Below, in pieces: positions 9,203-18,298 of a stretch of DNA of 64,000 nt. This stretch comes from Nitrososphaerota archaeon (GTDB lineage: Archaea > Thermoproteota > Nitrososphaeria > Nitrososphaerales > JACQRY01), in NCBI GenBank assembly GCA_016184315.1, contig JACPCU010000009.1:13330-77329 (forward strand), given 5' to 3'. Both the position numbers and the translations under genes were made by a program. The notes below the pieces were generated by a model. The model was not told the DNA's origin. It ran no database searches and saw only the letters and a program-made list of their open reading frames with translations. The first letter of the stretch is position 1. Each line of letters begins with the position of its first letter.

Positions 9203-9353
9203 CGCCGGGAGTCGGATTCGAACCGACGAGTCCCCGAGGGGACACGGGCTGTCGCGCTTCTGATAAGCCTCAAGGCCCGCGCATTACTGTGGACAGTTGT
9301 TGTCCACTCTGCCGTCGGGAGAGTAAGGTTTTCCCCTTACGTCTGATCCCGGC
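9203..9353 (-). tRNA. tRNA-Ser(UGA) containing three introns (proposed)
   Basis: Minus-strand read: acceptor GCCGGGA/TCCCGGC, discriminator G, T-arm GTCGG-TTCGAAT-CCGAC. The long variable arm is GTCCCC-TC-GGGGAC (class II). The anticodon stem is CGGGC/GCCCG with loop CUUGAG...A. The D-arm is GCA-GAGTGGAC..AA-TGC. An 85-nt mature sequence plus inserts of 32, 16 and 18 nt equals the observed 151 nt. CCA is not encoded. Confidence 0.7.
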
Positions 9354-9891
9354 GGAAGTTTGTTCCCGGCGTCGAGGCTGCTCTTGATGCTGCGGGCTTA
9401 AACCTTATGCTTCTGCGCGCGGCCCAGTGGGATAAGATGTGTTCGTCGAGTCTACCTTCGACGAGCTTTAACGCGTCTCTGAGGCTTACCAGTTTTACTT
9501 CGGCGATCTCGTCGCCAGCTTTGAGTTCTCCGTCTAGTCGCTGTACTTCGAAGACGATCAGGAGGAAACTCTTCTTTGTCCGCTGTACACCGTGGGTCAT
9601 CAACACTTCGTTTACTCGGCCTTTGACGCCTGTCTCCTCGAGGACTTCGCGTAGGACTCCTTCCTCAGCGTTCTCTCCTGGCTCAACGAAGCCTCCGGGT
9701 AGCCCCCAGCCTCTCCTGTCTTCACGCTTGTTGCGTACCAAGACGATCTGTTTTCCGTATCTGAGTATGGCTGCAGCTACGGGCGCTGGGTTGGCCCAGT
9801 CGATGAAGCCGCAGTTGGTGCAGGCCATTCTTAGTTTGGAGTAGATTTCTTCTTGGTTGAGGGGTGTCGCGCATTCGGGACAGTACTTCAA
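9337..9891 (-). CDS. NUDIX hydrolase with an N-terminal zinc ribbon
   Basis: 184 aa. It has CPEC...CTNCG followed by the Nudix box GLPGGFVEPGENAEEGVLREVLEETG. The ORF tail overlaps the tRNA-Ser 5' end by 17 nt. Confidence 0.8.
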   Translation of the reverse strand: MKYCPECATPLNQEEIYSKLRMACTNCGFIDWANPAPVAAAILRYGKQIVLVRNKREDRRGWGLPGGFVEPGENAEEGVLREVLEETGVKGRVNEVLMTHGVQRTKKSFLLIVFEVQRLDGELKAGDEIAEVKLVSLRDALKLVEGRLDEHILSHWAARRSIRFKPAASRAASTPGTNFRRDQT

Positions 9892-10020
9892 AGCCTAGTC
9901 TTCGATGGCCTGTTTCACTGGCAGATTAATCATTCTATTGGTTGCTTGATTAATTGGTTGACGGAGGTTTGTTGTTGAGTATGTGTCTGGTGAACCTTAA
10001 ATAAAGTTGCAGGTAGATGG

Positions 10021-10425
10021 GTGGCCGTTATGAGCGACCCTGAGCTTGAAGATATTATGCGTCGTAAGATGCGTATGATGGCTAGTGGCAGTGTTAAGCC
10101 TGAGCCTGCGGGCAGCGTTGTGTTGACGGTTGCTAATTTTGATCAGGTGATAGGTGGTGATAAGCCTGTGATAGTGGATTTCTGGGCTGAGTGGTGTGGC
10201 CCCTGCCGATACATGCATCCTATCTTTGAGCATCTTGCTGCGAAATATGCGGGTAAAGTGGTCTTCGGCAGACTAAATGTGGATGATGGTCAGGAGATAG
10301 CTGGTCGCTACGAGGTCTACTCTATTCCCACTTTCATTATCTTCAAGAAGGGTGCTCAGCTGGACAGGGTTATCGGTGCTGTGGGAGAGCGGGGCTTAGA
10401 TTCTCTTATCGCCGGCTACTTGTAA
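10021..10425 (+). CDS. trxA: thioredoxin
   Basis: 134 aa. The WAEWCGPCR active site is present. The likely true start is the ATG at 10030. Confidence 0.85.
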   Translation: MAVMSDPELEDIMRRKMRMMASGSVKPEPAGSVVLTVANFDQVIGGDKPVIVDFWAEWCGPCRYMHPIFEHLAAKYAGKVVFGRLNVDDGQEIAGRYEVYSIPTFIIFKKGAQLDRVIGAVGERGLDSLIAGYL

Positions 10426-10716
10426 ACTCGGACAAGGGGGCTTAGCTCGGTTGACTTGTTTGATGGCTTAGCTGCGCGACTGTAAGACCCCCCTTACAAT
10501 ATAAATTTCAAGTTCCCAGACGGAGTGCTCGGAGGGGAAGTTAGCGGAAACAGTAGGCGAATCGGTTCCTCATTATTTGTTGTTTCGATAAGCAACTGTT
10601 CTTGGCGACGATGTTTCTGGATTCTGGTTTTGATACGTTGCTAGCTTTCGGTGAATGCTTGAGACGAGATTTGCCTTATCTGATGCCCGTTTCTCATTTC
10701 GGGCCTAATATGGAGT

Positions 10717-11148
10717 CTACATAGAAGGCGGGAGCCTGACTCCCACCCTCCTTAATCTCGGCTGAAACACCTTGAGTTGTATCGCTAACGGGTTTGTCAC
10801 TGCGTCTTTGAGAGATACCACTGTCCGCTTCAATTCCTCTCCGTTTCTCACTGCCTTGTAGACTTCGTGTCTCTTTGCTCTGACGAATGCTTGCACAAGA
10901 CAGTCTATTCCGTTTGCTTCAAATTCTCTCGGTCTTGTGTCGTGAGCTCTTGCCAACTTCTTGCTTGAAAGTTGGTAGAGAGCGCTGTATGCCTTGCCCG
11001 ATGGCACGCCTGACCTTTTCGAAAGCACCGTCGCCCTGCTCTTTCCGAGCATTAGCATTGTGAAGTATGCTTTCGCTTGGTATTCTGTCAAATCAAGGGA
11101 TTTGAGGAGAGATATTACTCTCTCCTCTCTTCCGTTCAGCACGAACAT
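10717..11148 (-). CDS. TrmB-like wHTH transcriptional regulator
   Basis: 143 aa. LDLTEYQAKAYFTMLMLGKSRATVLSKRSGVPSGKAYSALYQL follows the TrmB N-terminal wHTH pattern. Confidence 0.55.
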   Translation of the reverse strand: MFVLNGREERVISLLKSLDLTEYQAKAYFTMLMLGKSRATVLSKRSGVPSGKAYSALYQLSSKKLARAHDTRPREFEANGIDCLVQAFVRAKRHEVYKAVRNGEELKRTVVSLKDAVTNPLAIQLKVFQPRLRRVGVRLPPSM

Positions 11149-11149
11149 T

Positions 11150-11401
11150 TCACTCGCCCTTCTTCTCGCCGTTCAGCGAGACATCGAACTGCTTGTATGG
11201 AAACTGCTTTCCCAAATCCTCGGGCTTTATCTTCGACTCAAGAACCTTGTTTCCGTATATCGCAACCTCTCCCTGCTCTGTCTGTATGTTGAAGACTTTG
11301 CTGAACTTACTCTGCCTCACAGACACGAGCCTTCCTTCCAGCGTGTCGTTCTCCTTCTCGAACCTGAACAGTTTCGCCTGCGTCTGCGTGTTTGCTTCCA
11401 T
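11150..11401 (-). CDS. hypothetical protein (83 aa), tightly coupled to the TrmB-like gene
   Basis: The ORF stop lies 1 nt upstream of the next start. I recognise no motif. Confidence 0.4.
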   Translation of the reverse strand: MEANTQTQAKLFRFEKENDTLEGRLVSVRQSKFSKVFNIQTEQGEVAIYGNKVLESKIKPEDLGKQFPYKQFDVSLNGEKKGE

Positions 11402-11592
11402 TCAAATCAACCTCCAATTTTTTTCTGCCTCGGAATGTCGGGCATTCCTCAGCGCAGGTATTGGAGCGAAGCGTTCCAGCGGTTCGACCGACCATTTGAG
11501 AAAGGGGAAAATCCGTAAGTCGGTGCTTGAACAGGCGTGAAAGCACTCTTAGGATTTTAGGGAGAACACGTAGTCTTCAGAATGTTGAATCG

Positions 11593-12015
11593 TTACTTCT
11601 TCACTAAAGCCTTGAGTTCTGCACCCAATCCCTTTACGTTAATTCCCACAACCTTGAAAGGTTTCTTGGTAAAATCCACTTGGATTCCAACAATAACCGG
11701 CAGCAGACCCTTGACAAATAAATTCGCAAGCGGTTCCAGAGTAGCAATGGCCAGAAGCTCTTGCACTGCAAAAATCGCGTTACGTGTCCCTCTATCACAA
11801 AATCCACCTATGTTGGCAAGGTGTTCGGACACCTTCAAGTAGAGTCGTTGTATTTCAATCTCATCGTGTGAACTCTTAACTCTTGATGGGCTAGACAGCG
11901 ACTTATCCAATAGGGCGAGCAACTCCTTGGATACATCTACTAGGGCACTTCTTTCTTTCATTACTAGTCCAACGTCGCTCAATCTGGCGCTGCCGGTACC
12001 CATCTCAGCGGGCAT
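11593..12015 (-). CDS. hypothetical protein (140 aa)
   Basis: This is the longest ORF in the interval, on the same strand as its neighbours. I recognise no motif. Confidence 0.4.
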   Translation of the reverse strand: MPAEMGTGSARLSDVGLVMKERSALVDVSKELLALLDKSLSSPSRVKSSHDEIEIQRLYLKVSEHLANIGGFCDRGTRNAIFAVQELLAIATLEPLANLFVKGLLPVIVGIQVDFTKKPFKVVGINVKGLGAELKALVKK

Positions 12016-12190
12016 TGAAAAGAGAGGTCGCGAGTCTGGTTAAAAAGCCTGATGGGTGTAAGACAGAATCTCATGATTAGATGAGCAACGAGCAAATGCG
12101 CAGGGAGTTTTCGGGTTCTTAGGGAGAACCTGCGGCGCAGACTTTAAAGTTCCGTCGTTCCTTGAATAACCAAGGCGAATAGCCGTAAGA

Positions 12191-12799
12191 TTAGCTAAGC
12201 CCACCAGAATAATGGAGATTCAGGACTGTGAGCGTAATCTTGCCTTTCCCTTGAATCGCATCCCATGCTCCAATAGCAATGTCAGCCAAAGTAACCCTAT
12301 GCGAGTATGTTACGACTTCCTGTTTACCAGGCTCAAGATCTGGAAGGTTGGAGGCATCTATCTTGACAAGCTTGTCATCCGAGTACACACCTACATTGTA
12401 CGTAATGCTTCTTGCGGTACCGTTACCAATGTTAGAGAATGTGAAATCGGATTTTACAGTCATGATTTCGTCATCCAAGACTCCTCTCAAAGCTGTCGCA
12501 ACCGTGGGAACTGCTGCCACGCAAGCACCAAAAGTTCCAGTAGTGCATACCCCCAATGCCGCTGACGCTCCAGCGATTAGTGCCCCGTCCTTGACAATGT
12601 TCAGATAGTTAAAGTCGGTCTTATTGTTTGAGTTCTGGACTTGTAGGACCGCAACATAACTAGCTGAAGGTTTTGAGAATGACGCGAGATATATTGCAGT
12701 GGTTGCTATTGCGATCACAACTACGGCGATAATTACTCCGTAAAGGAATGGTAAAATTCCTGTCTTATGTCTGCCTTTAGCGCCTCCCCTCTGGCTCAT
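12191..12799 (-). CDS. membrane-anchored hypothetical protein (202 aa)
   Basis: A basic N-terminus is followed by one TM helix (ILPFLYGVIIAVVVIAIATTAIYL) and then a beta-rich ectodomain. A LEA_2/WHy-like fold is only a guess. Confidence 0.45.
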   Translation of the reverse strand: MSQRGGAKGRHKTGILPFLYGVIIAVVVIAIATTAIYLASFSKPSASYVAVLQVQNSNNKTDFNYLNIVKDGALIAGASAALGVCTTGTFGACVAAVPTVATALRGVLDDEIMTVKSDFTFSNIGNGTARSITYNVGVYSDDKLVKIDASNLPDLEPGKQEVVTYSHRVTLADIAIGAWDAIQGKGKITLTVLNLHYSGGLS

Positions 12800-13189
12800 C
12801 TTGAGGCCAACATTACATATCCTTATGCCGTTACGATGCTAAAATACTTTTGTCTGGTAGATTTTTCCAATTATTGCTTATATCGCAAATTTCAAAAAGA
12901 TGCGGTCATAATCGCCGCGAGCTTCGTTGGTCCGCATTGGTCAGGCAGGTCGGAGACCGAAAGAAAGAATGAGCGAAGCCGAAGGCATGAACACCTAAGT
13001 AGCTACCCTTATTCTGGTGATGAAATCACTCAGATTAGCGAAGTTGACGACCGCAATATCGAGCTTTCTTAATACGTCTCTTAGGCAAATGTTTTCAAGT
13101 ACTTCGGAAGTAACCAATTCTTTAGGTAACCAAAGAGACCGTGGTAGAGGAAATCTCAGCACAACCCAGCCTCTTTCCTGAATATCTAG

Positions 13190-13668
13190 CTTTTCAGATT
13201 TGATAACTCCTTGGTCGGTGATGCATCCAAGACGTTCTACAGAGAGATCAAGCCGATCACTGAAAGGTATGTCCAGAGCGCCTTAGAGGTCTCCGGCTTA
13301 TCGCTGGACAAACTCAACAAAACTGGGGATGAACCTGCAACTGCCATGCGTGATTTCGAGGGCTGGATAAATTCAGCCTCAAATGGCAGACGGCCTGTTT
13401 TTGTTGCATTCAACGCGACCTTCGACTGGATGTTCGTAGCATACTACTTCCACAGATTCCTCGGCCGCAACCCCTTCGGAATAAGCGGTCTGGACATCAA
13501 AGCATACTACATGGGAATGCTTGGGACGAGCTGGGGCGGAACCATAAAGAGAAAAATAGACAAGAGATTTCTATCAGGGCGAAGACATACTCATAACGCG
13601 CTGGACGACGCTATTAAAAGGCCGAAATCTTCGGCAAGATGCTTGAATACGGAAGGAAAGGAGATTAA
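13190..13668 (+). pseudogene. DEDDh 3'-5' exonuclease remnant (N-terminal Exo I motif missing; -1 frameshift in an A-run)
   Basis: FNATFDWMFVAYYF and HNALDDA (Exo II/III) are present. No DxE Exo I motif is present, and a TAG at 13187-13189 closes the frame. After DDAIK (A4 run 13616-13619) the natural C-terminus AEIFGKMLEYGRKGD* continues in the -1 frame. Confidence 0.6.
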
Positions 13669-13804
13669 CGGAAGATTTGTCCTATTACGCTCATCATGGC
13701 TTCCTTTTTGCCTCAACATATTTCCCCACGGGCTCCTCCGGTTTCAACGCTTGCATCCGATAACGATTTAAGCCCAGTACGCTAATCTGTATTGGGTAGG
13801 TCAG

Positions 13805-14041
13805 ATGTCCCGCAGCGCAGACTTCGAATGGGTAAGCAAGCACTACTCTGAACTCCAAGAGAAATACCCGAAAATGTACGTAGCGGTCAAGGACGGTAAG
13901 GTCATCGCCGCCGACCGTGAATACGGGAAGGCCAGAGACACAGCCTCCAAGTCTACCAGCGGCTTCGTCACAGGCTACATCCTGTCAGGTGAACCCTTTG
14001 TCCTCACGCCTCTCATTCAACATAGCCCGAACAAGGTTTAG
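13805..14041 (+). CDS. small DUF5678-like protein (78 aa)
   Basis: WVSKHYSELQEKYPKMYVAVKDGKVIAADREYGKA resembles small archaeal proteins of the DUF5678 type. This rests on my memory of the family. Confidence 0.4.
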   Translation: MSRSADFEWVSKHYSELQEKYPKMYVAVKDGKVIAADREYGKARDTASKSTSGFVTGYILSGEPFVLTPLIQHSPNKV

Positions 14042-14465
14042 ACCCGACATAGAGCACTCGGTCAGGAAGACATTTCGAACAGATCTCGGAACAAGTTTCG
14101 TCTACCCAGTCGCAGTATCCTTCAAAACTCCTACACAATGGTCAGACACGTTACTCATAATCTACGACACCGGCGCAACAGCCACCCTCCTGCCTGCCAG
14201 ATACGCAGACGCCTTCGAAGTCAAGCAATCTGTCCCAATAATACTCGGAGGCATGATGCCAGGAGCCCGACTCAACGCCTCTCTCACAAGGCTGAAACTA
14301 AGGTTTGAAGACGGCGACGGCAAAACTTCTCCCGAGATCGAAGCGTGGGTAGCCATAGCTGAGAGAGACGATGCTCCGCCTGTGCTCGGAATGAAGGACA
14401 TCTCGACCGCACACAAGCTGATCGTGAATCCAGAAGAAGGAAAGTTCTACCTACAATTCAAATAA
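13917..14465 (+). CDS. retropepsin-like (clan AA) aspartic protease; start uncertain
   Basis: LLIIYDTGATATLLP carries the D-T/S-G catalytic triad in a hydrophobic context, and VLGMKDI lies near the C-terminus. The only ATG (13917) overlaps the upstream ORF by 125 nt in another frame. Confidence 0.55.
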   Translation: MNTGRPETQPPSLPAASSQATSCQVNPLSSRLSFNIARTRFRPDIEHSVRKTFRTDLGTSFVYPVAVSFKTPTQWSDTLLIIYDTGATATLLPARYADAFEVKQSVPIILGGMMPGARLNASLTRLKLRFEDGDGKTSPEIEAWVAIAERDDAPPVLGMKDISTAHKLIVNPEEGKFYLQFK

Positions 14466-14697
14466 GTAACTCACATAAGTTGCAAATCTTTATGCCTTCG
14501 TAAGTTTCGTGCGATGGTTCGCTGGGAAACTTGTTGACCAAAACTTCTATTTTGGGAATATACATTAGCATCACTTGAAGATTAACCCTTTGTTCTTGAT
14601 TACCACTCTATCCCTTTTCTGGATAAGGTAATCCCTTTATACAATGCATACGGCAAGTTGGTGCGTCGCTGACATGAGCTTGGTGAAGTAGGATAGT

Positions 14698-15648
14698 TTG
14701 GTTGAGTTCTTCGGAGTAGACGCGACTCTCTGGATCCTCTTCAATGCCTTTGTTGTGGGCATGCTGGTTGTGGATCTGGGTGTAGTCAACAGGAAAGCTC
14801 ACGTTATCTCTATCAAGGAGGCAGCGGTTTGGAGCACGATCTGGATTACATTAGCTATGGTGTTCAACGCCGTAGTGTACTTTGCCATGGGCGAGGAGGC
14901 AGCACTGCAGTATCTGACGGGCTACATCATAGAGAAATCTCTTAGCGTTGATAACATGTTCATCTTCGCCATAACTTTCAGCTACTTCAATGTGCCCGCC
15001 ATCTACCAGCCTAGGGTGTTGAAGTGGGGCATTATAGGGGCTATTTTGATGAGGTTCGCCTTGATTGTTGCTGGAGCGGCTGTTCTTGAGGCATTTCACT
15101 GGATGATCTATGTGTTCGGAGGCGCTATTGTTGTTACAGGGTTGAGGATGCTGGTGGAGCGTGGGAGACATGTTGAGCCTGAGAAGAACTTTGCTGTGAG
15201 GCTGTTCAGGAGGTTCCTGCGTGTCACCGATAGGCTGGATGATGAGAAGTTCTTCGTAAAGCTTAACGGGCTTCGCTTCGCTACGCCGCTGTTCATAGTT
15301 CTGATAGTTGTGGAGACCACAGATTTGATCTTCGCCGTCGACTCTATTCCAGCTATCTTCGCGGTTACCACTGACACCTTCATCGTCTACACGTCGAACA
15401 TCTTTGCGATACTGGGGCTGAGGGCGCTCTACTTCCTGTTGGCTGGGGCGATTCACCGGTTCACCTATCTGAAGCTGGGCTTGGCGTTAATCCTGTTATT
15501 TGTCGGAGGAAAGATGGTGCTCTCCGACTTCTTCATGATTCCTACTACTGTATCGCTGGCAGTTGTTCTGGGCATACTTGGGGTTGCCATCGCCGCATCA
15601 TATCTCCGCAGCCGGAAAACAACTCTGAGCACTGTAGAAGTAGTGTAA
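14698..15648 (+). CDS. TerC-family integral membrane protein
   Basis: 316 aa, multi-pass. IEKSLSVDNMFIFA and FAVDSIPAIFAVT are TerC signature repeats. Confidence 0.85.
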   Translation: MVEFFGVDATLWILFNAFVVGMLVVDLGVVNRKAHVISIKEAAVWSTIWITLAMVFNAVVYFAMGEEAALQYLTGYIIEKSLSVDNMFIFAITFSYFNVPAIYQPRVLKWGIIGAILMRFALIVAGAAVLEAFHWMIYVFGGAIVVTGLRMLVERGRHVEPEKNFAVRLFRRFLRVTDRLDDEKFFVKLNGLRFATPLFIVLIVVETTDLIFAVDSIPAIFAVTTDTFIVYTSNIFAILGLRALYFLLAGAIHRFTYLKLGLALILLFVGGKMVLSDFFMIPTTVSLAVVLGILGVAIAASYLRSRKTTLSTVEVV

Positions 15649-15839
15649 TCTACACATCAAGTAGCAGATGGCGCGTACCCCAAACAAATTGTGATGAAAA
15701 TACCCTAGTTTGTGTGAAATGAGGGCGTCAAAGAATAGGGCTGCTCACCTTCTAATGATAATCACGCGATTATTTACTTGAAACGCGTCAAAAGTCTGTG
15801 CTAAATAGGTGAACAACACCAGAATCATGCCGTGGACAG

Positions 15840-16289
15840 ATGGGCTTTGCCATAAGTTTCACAAGAAGACTGAAGGCTCCTAGAGCCCTAGTGTATCGGA
15901 CAATCACCGACTTCGAGAATCTTCAAGATAGATTACCGAAGATATTCCACTCAATACAGGTGTTAAAGCGTAATAAGAATTACATCATCACAGAGGAAGA
16001 ATTCTCGGTCTTAGGAAGTGTGATAACTCAGAGGAGCAAGCATGTTGTCAAAGTGCCTACGAAGCACACTGTGGAGATCCTGACTGGTGAACTTGCGGGG
16101 AGCAAAATAGTGGAAAGATACAGTGATGATTCTGACGATGGGACCATAGTTAATGTCGACGCTGATTTCTCTCTCGGAGGACTTCTTTCCTTCCTCCCTT
16201 CGTTTATTATTAGACCGATGATTGAAGACAGTCTCAATCGTGTGTTTACCGAGCTGGAGGACGCGTTTCAATCTGGCGCTATATCCTGA
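15840..16289 (+). CDS. SRPBCC (START/polyketide-cyclase-like) ligand-binding protein
   Basis: 149 aa. Its size and pattern (ITDFENLQDRLPKIF...) fit the SRPBCC fold. It overlaps the 3' end of the convergent FAD oxidoreductase gene by 11 nt. Confidence 0.45.
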   Translation: MGFAISFTRRLKAPRALVYRTITDFENLQDRLPKIFHSIQVLKRNKNYIITEEEFSVLGSVITQRSKHVVKVPTKHTVEILTGELAGSKIVERYSDDSDDGTIVNVDADFSLGGLLSFLPSFIIRPMIEDSLNRVFTELEDAFQSGAIS

Positions 16290-17352
16290 TCATGCGCACC
16301 ATGGTCATTGCTTGCTGAATGAACGAGATCGGTTCGATACCGAGTCTATTGATCTGCATCTTGAATCCATATCGAGATTGGTTTGTCCAAAGATGCGATA
16401 GCACTGCCAGTGATAACTCTGCGTGTTCCAAGAGGCTGACTTCGCCACGTAATATAGGCTCCAGAAATTTGTAAGCCGTTTCATAAAACTCAAAGTGCTT
16501 AATCACACGCCTACGATATTCATCAAGATCATCTATGTGTTTTTCTAAGAGCTCTGCACACTCCAGCGTGGGAATTATTCCCTCGCCTAGAAGAGGAAAT
16601 ACAGCCCCAATGCTCTCACCGACACCTACCACCTTTCCTGATCGGAACGGCTGGCAGTATCTTGGTGGACAAAGTCTCACCGGTCTCCCAACGATCTTCT
16701 CCCGCTTACCTCCATACCGATCAAAGAAGTCTTGAAGCGCCTGATTATGGCCGTGGTTGAGATCGCCAGCACCTACATGACTCCAGCCTTCCCCCAGAGG
16801 AAAGTACCACAAGTAACCACCCATGCCATCCAAGACTTGGATATAGAAATCGTCAAACGGCGGATCACGATATTTCACCCTATACTGGGCACAAGGTATC
16901 CGCAGCTCATATCCCTCGATCTTGGGCAGGAGAACCCTGAGACCAGTCGCGTCGATTATCAGGTCATAATTCTTCAAATCTTCCTCGTTCTTGACCCAAG
17001 AGTTGTACCGAATCTCTTGTCCCCGACGCATATCTTCGAGGAAGCTATGCTTATCAAAACTGACAAGCCCGTCAAGAGGGTTTTCGACCTCTACCCCTCC
17101 CACTGAAACCAGCATGTTCTCGCCTTCATGCAGTATATAGTCTTCAAAATTCAAGTCGCAAGCCTCAGCAAACCTGCTGATGTAGCTCTTGCTCGTCCCC
17201 CATGCGCACACGCACTGAAAAGTTCTTCGTGGATACCTTTCAAAACCTGTGACGTCGTGAACGCGGCTTAGCCGGTTAATTAGATAGGAGCCAGCTACCC
17301 CCATTCCGACGATCGCAATTCTCAAACTTCTAATTGATCGATTCGGAGCCAT
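16279..17352 (-). CDS. FAD-dependent oxidoreductase (geranylgeranyl-reductase-like)
   Basis: 357 aa. It has the N-terminal dinucleotide-binding motif IAIVGMGVAGSYLINRL. Its length and layout resemble small GGR/FixC-like flavoproteins. Confidence 0.55.
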   Translation of the reverse strand: MAPNRSIRSLRIAIVGMGVAGSYLINRLSRVHDVTGFERYPRRTFQCVCAWGTSKSYISRFAEACDLNFEDYILHEGENMLVSVGGVEVENPLDGLVSFDKHSFLEDMRRGQEIRYNSWVKNEEDLKNYDLIIDATGLRVLLPKIEGYELRIPCAQYRVKYRDPPFDDFYIQVLDGMGGYLWYFPLGEGWSHVGAGDLNHGHNQALQDFFDRYGGKREKIVGRPVRLCPPRYCQPFRSGKVVGVGESIGAVFPLLGEGIIPTLECAELLEKHIDDLDEYRRRVIKHFEFYETAYKFLEPILRGEVSLLEHAELSLAVLSHLWTNQSRYGFKMQINRLGIEPISFIQQAMTMVRMIRI

Positions 17353-17899
17353 ATATCCTTTCCTGATGAATGTTCTGCTAAGTTGTCGGCTGATAACACT
17401 TTAGACTCACGTCTCTGCTATTCAGAGAGTTACCTCAACCGGGAGGTGACAACCTTTATTACTTCCTGCATCATACACGCAACGAGTAAGGTTGTCAACC
17501 ACAAAAGCGACAAAAGTAGGAAGAACCCCAACACTAAGAGCGCAGATCCCCATGCTGATAGCACCAGCAAAATACTGTAGCGCATGTGGCGAGAAACTGG
17601 ATGAGTGCACCTGCTACGATCAAACAATCACCATATCCATAGGCATCAGCAGAGAGCTAATAAGAGGAATTACCAATCTGACTGCACTGCTACCGCGAAT
17701 TCAGATATCATCCAACCGTGCCTTAGCTGCGGACAAGTCTCTCACAACGGATCATGCTCAGTAGAAGGATGCAACTGTAAGTGAAGACCGAATAAAGAAA
17801 GAAGAATGCTGATTCGCATGTTCACCCGCCGATGGGACATAACCGCGGAAACATGCAATCACCCAAAACAGTGTTATCAATACCGAACTATGGGTCTTG

Positions 17900-18298
17900 T
17901 TAACGTAGCTTATACGCAAGAAAGTACAATCTGGGCGATGTTCGGGCCAAAGATATGACTCGCTCCCATATTGCATAACATCGCAGAAGCGTTACTGGCT
18001 CTCCAGAGACTTTGAGTTCGTTGGCAAAGAATGCTTCACTAAGAGTAATCTTCCCCTCGAGAATCTTGAATAGGCAGTCCCTAGAGAGGGTTACACGAAC
18101 GTTAATCTGTTTCTTTCGTGCCCTGCTAGTTATTCTGATTCTACGCCCGGTTACCTGAATTACTGCCTTTTCGGTGTCGAGAGTTTGGAGGCAGGTAATT
18201 CCTCGAGCATCTTTGATAAGCTCTTGTAGTTGCTGGTGGTAGTCTTCTTTCATCAACGCTAGAAGATTTTTGAGAAAATGGCTAAGTTTCAACGGCAT
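17900..18298 (-). CDS. SCP2 sterol/lipid-carrier domain protein
   Basis: 132 aa. DCLFKILEGKITLSEAFFANELKVSGEPVTLLR matches the SCP2 C-terminal consensus (Gkl...afm.Gklki.Gd). Confidence 0.7.
   Translation of the reverse strand: MPLKLSHFLKNLLALMKEDYHQQLQELIKDARGITCLQTLDTEKAVIQVTGRRIRITSRARKKQINVRVTLSRDCLFKILEGKITLSEAFFANELKVSGEPVTLLRCYAIWERVISLARTSPRLYFLAYKLR

Noticed and set aside
11557-11567. The 11-mer ttagggagaac is found just downstream of two consecutive minus-strand genes (11557-11567 and 12119-12129). It could be a shared terminator or 3' UTR motif.
   Set aside because: An exact 11-mer match is expected many times by chance in 64 kb, and the flanking sequence is not similar.
12900-13260. 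A long open frame on the minus strand is antisense to the exonuclease remnant (...ERGWVVLRFPLPRSLWLPKELVTSEVLENICLRDVLRKLDIAVVNF...).
   Set aside because: There is no canonical start giving more than ~47 aa and no recognisable motif. It overlaps the exonuclease frame, so it is probably chance openness.
15691-15760. A possible C/D-box sRNA, with GTGATGA at 15691-15697 followed by TGAAATGA.
   Set aside because: There are no CTGA D or D' boxes at the expected ~12-nt spacing and no terminal stem.
17363-17393. A possible C/D-box sRNA, with CTGATGA followed after 20 nt by CTGA.
   Set aside because: The spacing is wrong for a guide plus D' box, and no C'/D pair is present. It lies in the 5' flank of the FAD oxidoreductase gene.
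17353-17899. Small ORFs in the 547-nt gap inside the isoprenoid cluster. Examples are 17430..17627(-), a 65-aa protein with two hydrophobic helices, and 17492..17764(+), a 90-aa protein with CSACGEKLDECTC.
   Set aside because: The candidates overlap each other in different frames and strands, and none has a recognisable motif. I cannot decide which, if any, is real without expression or conservation data.
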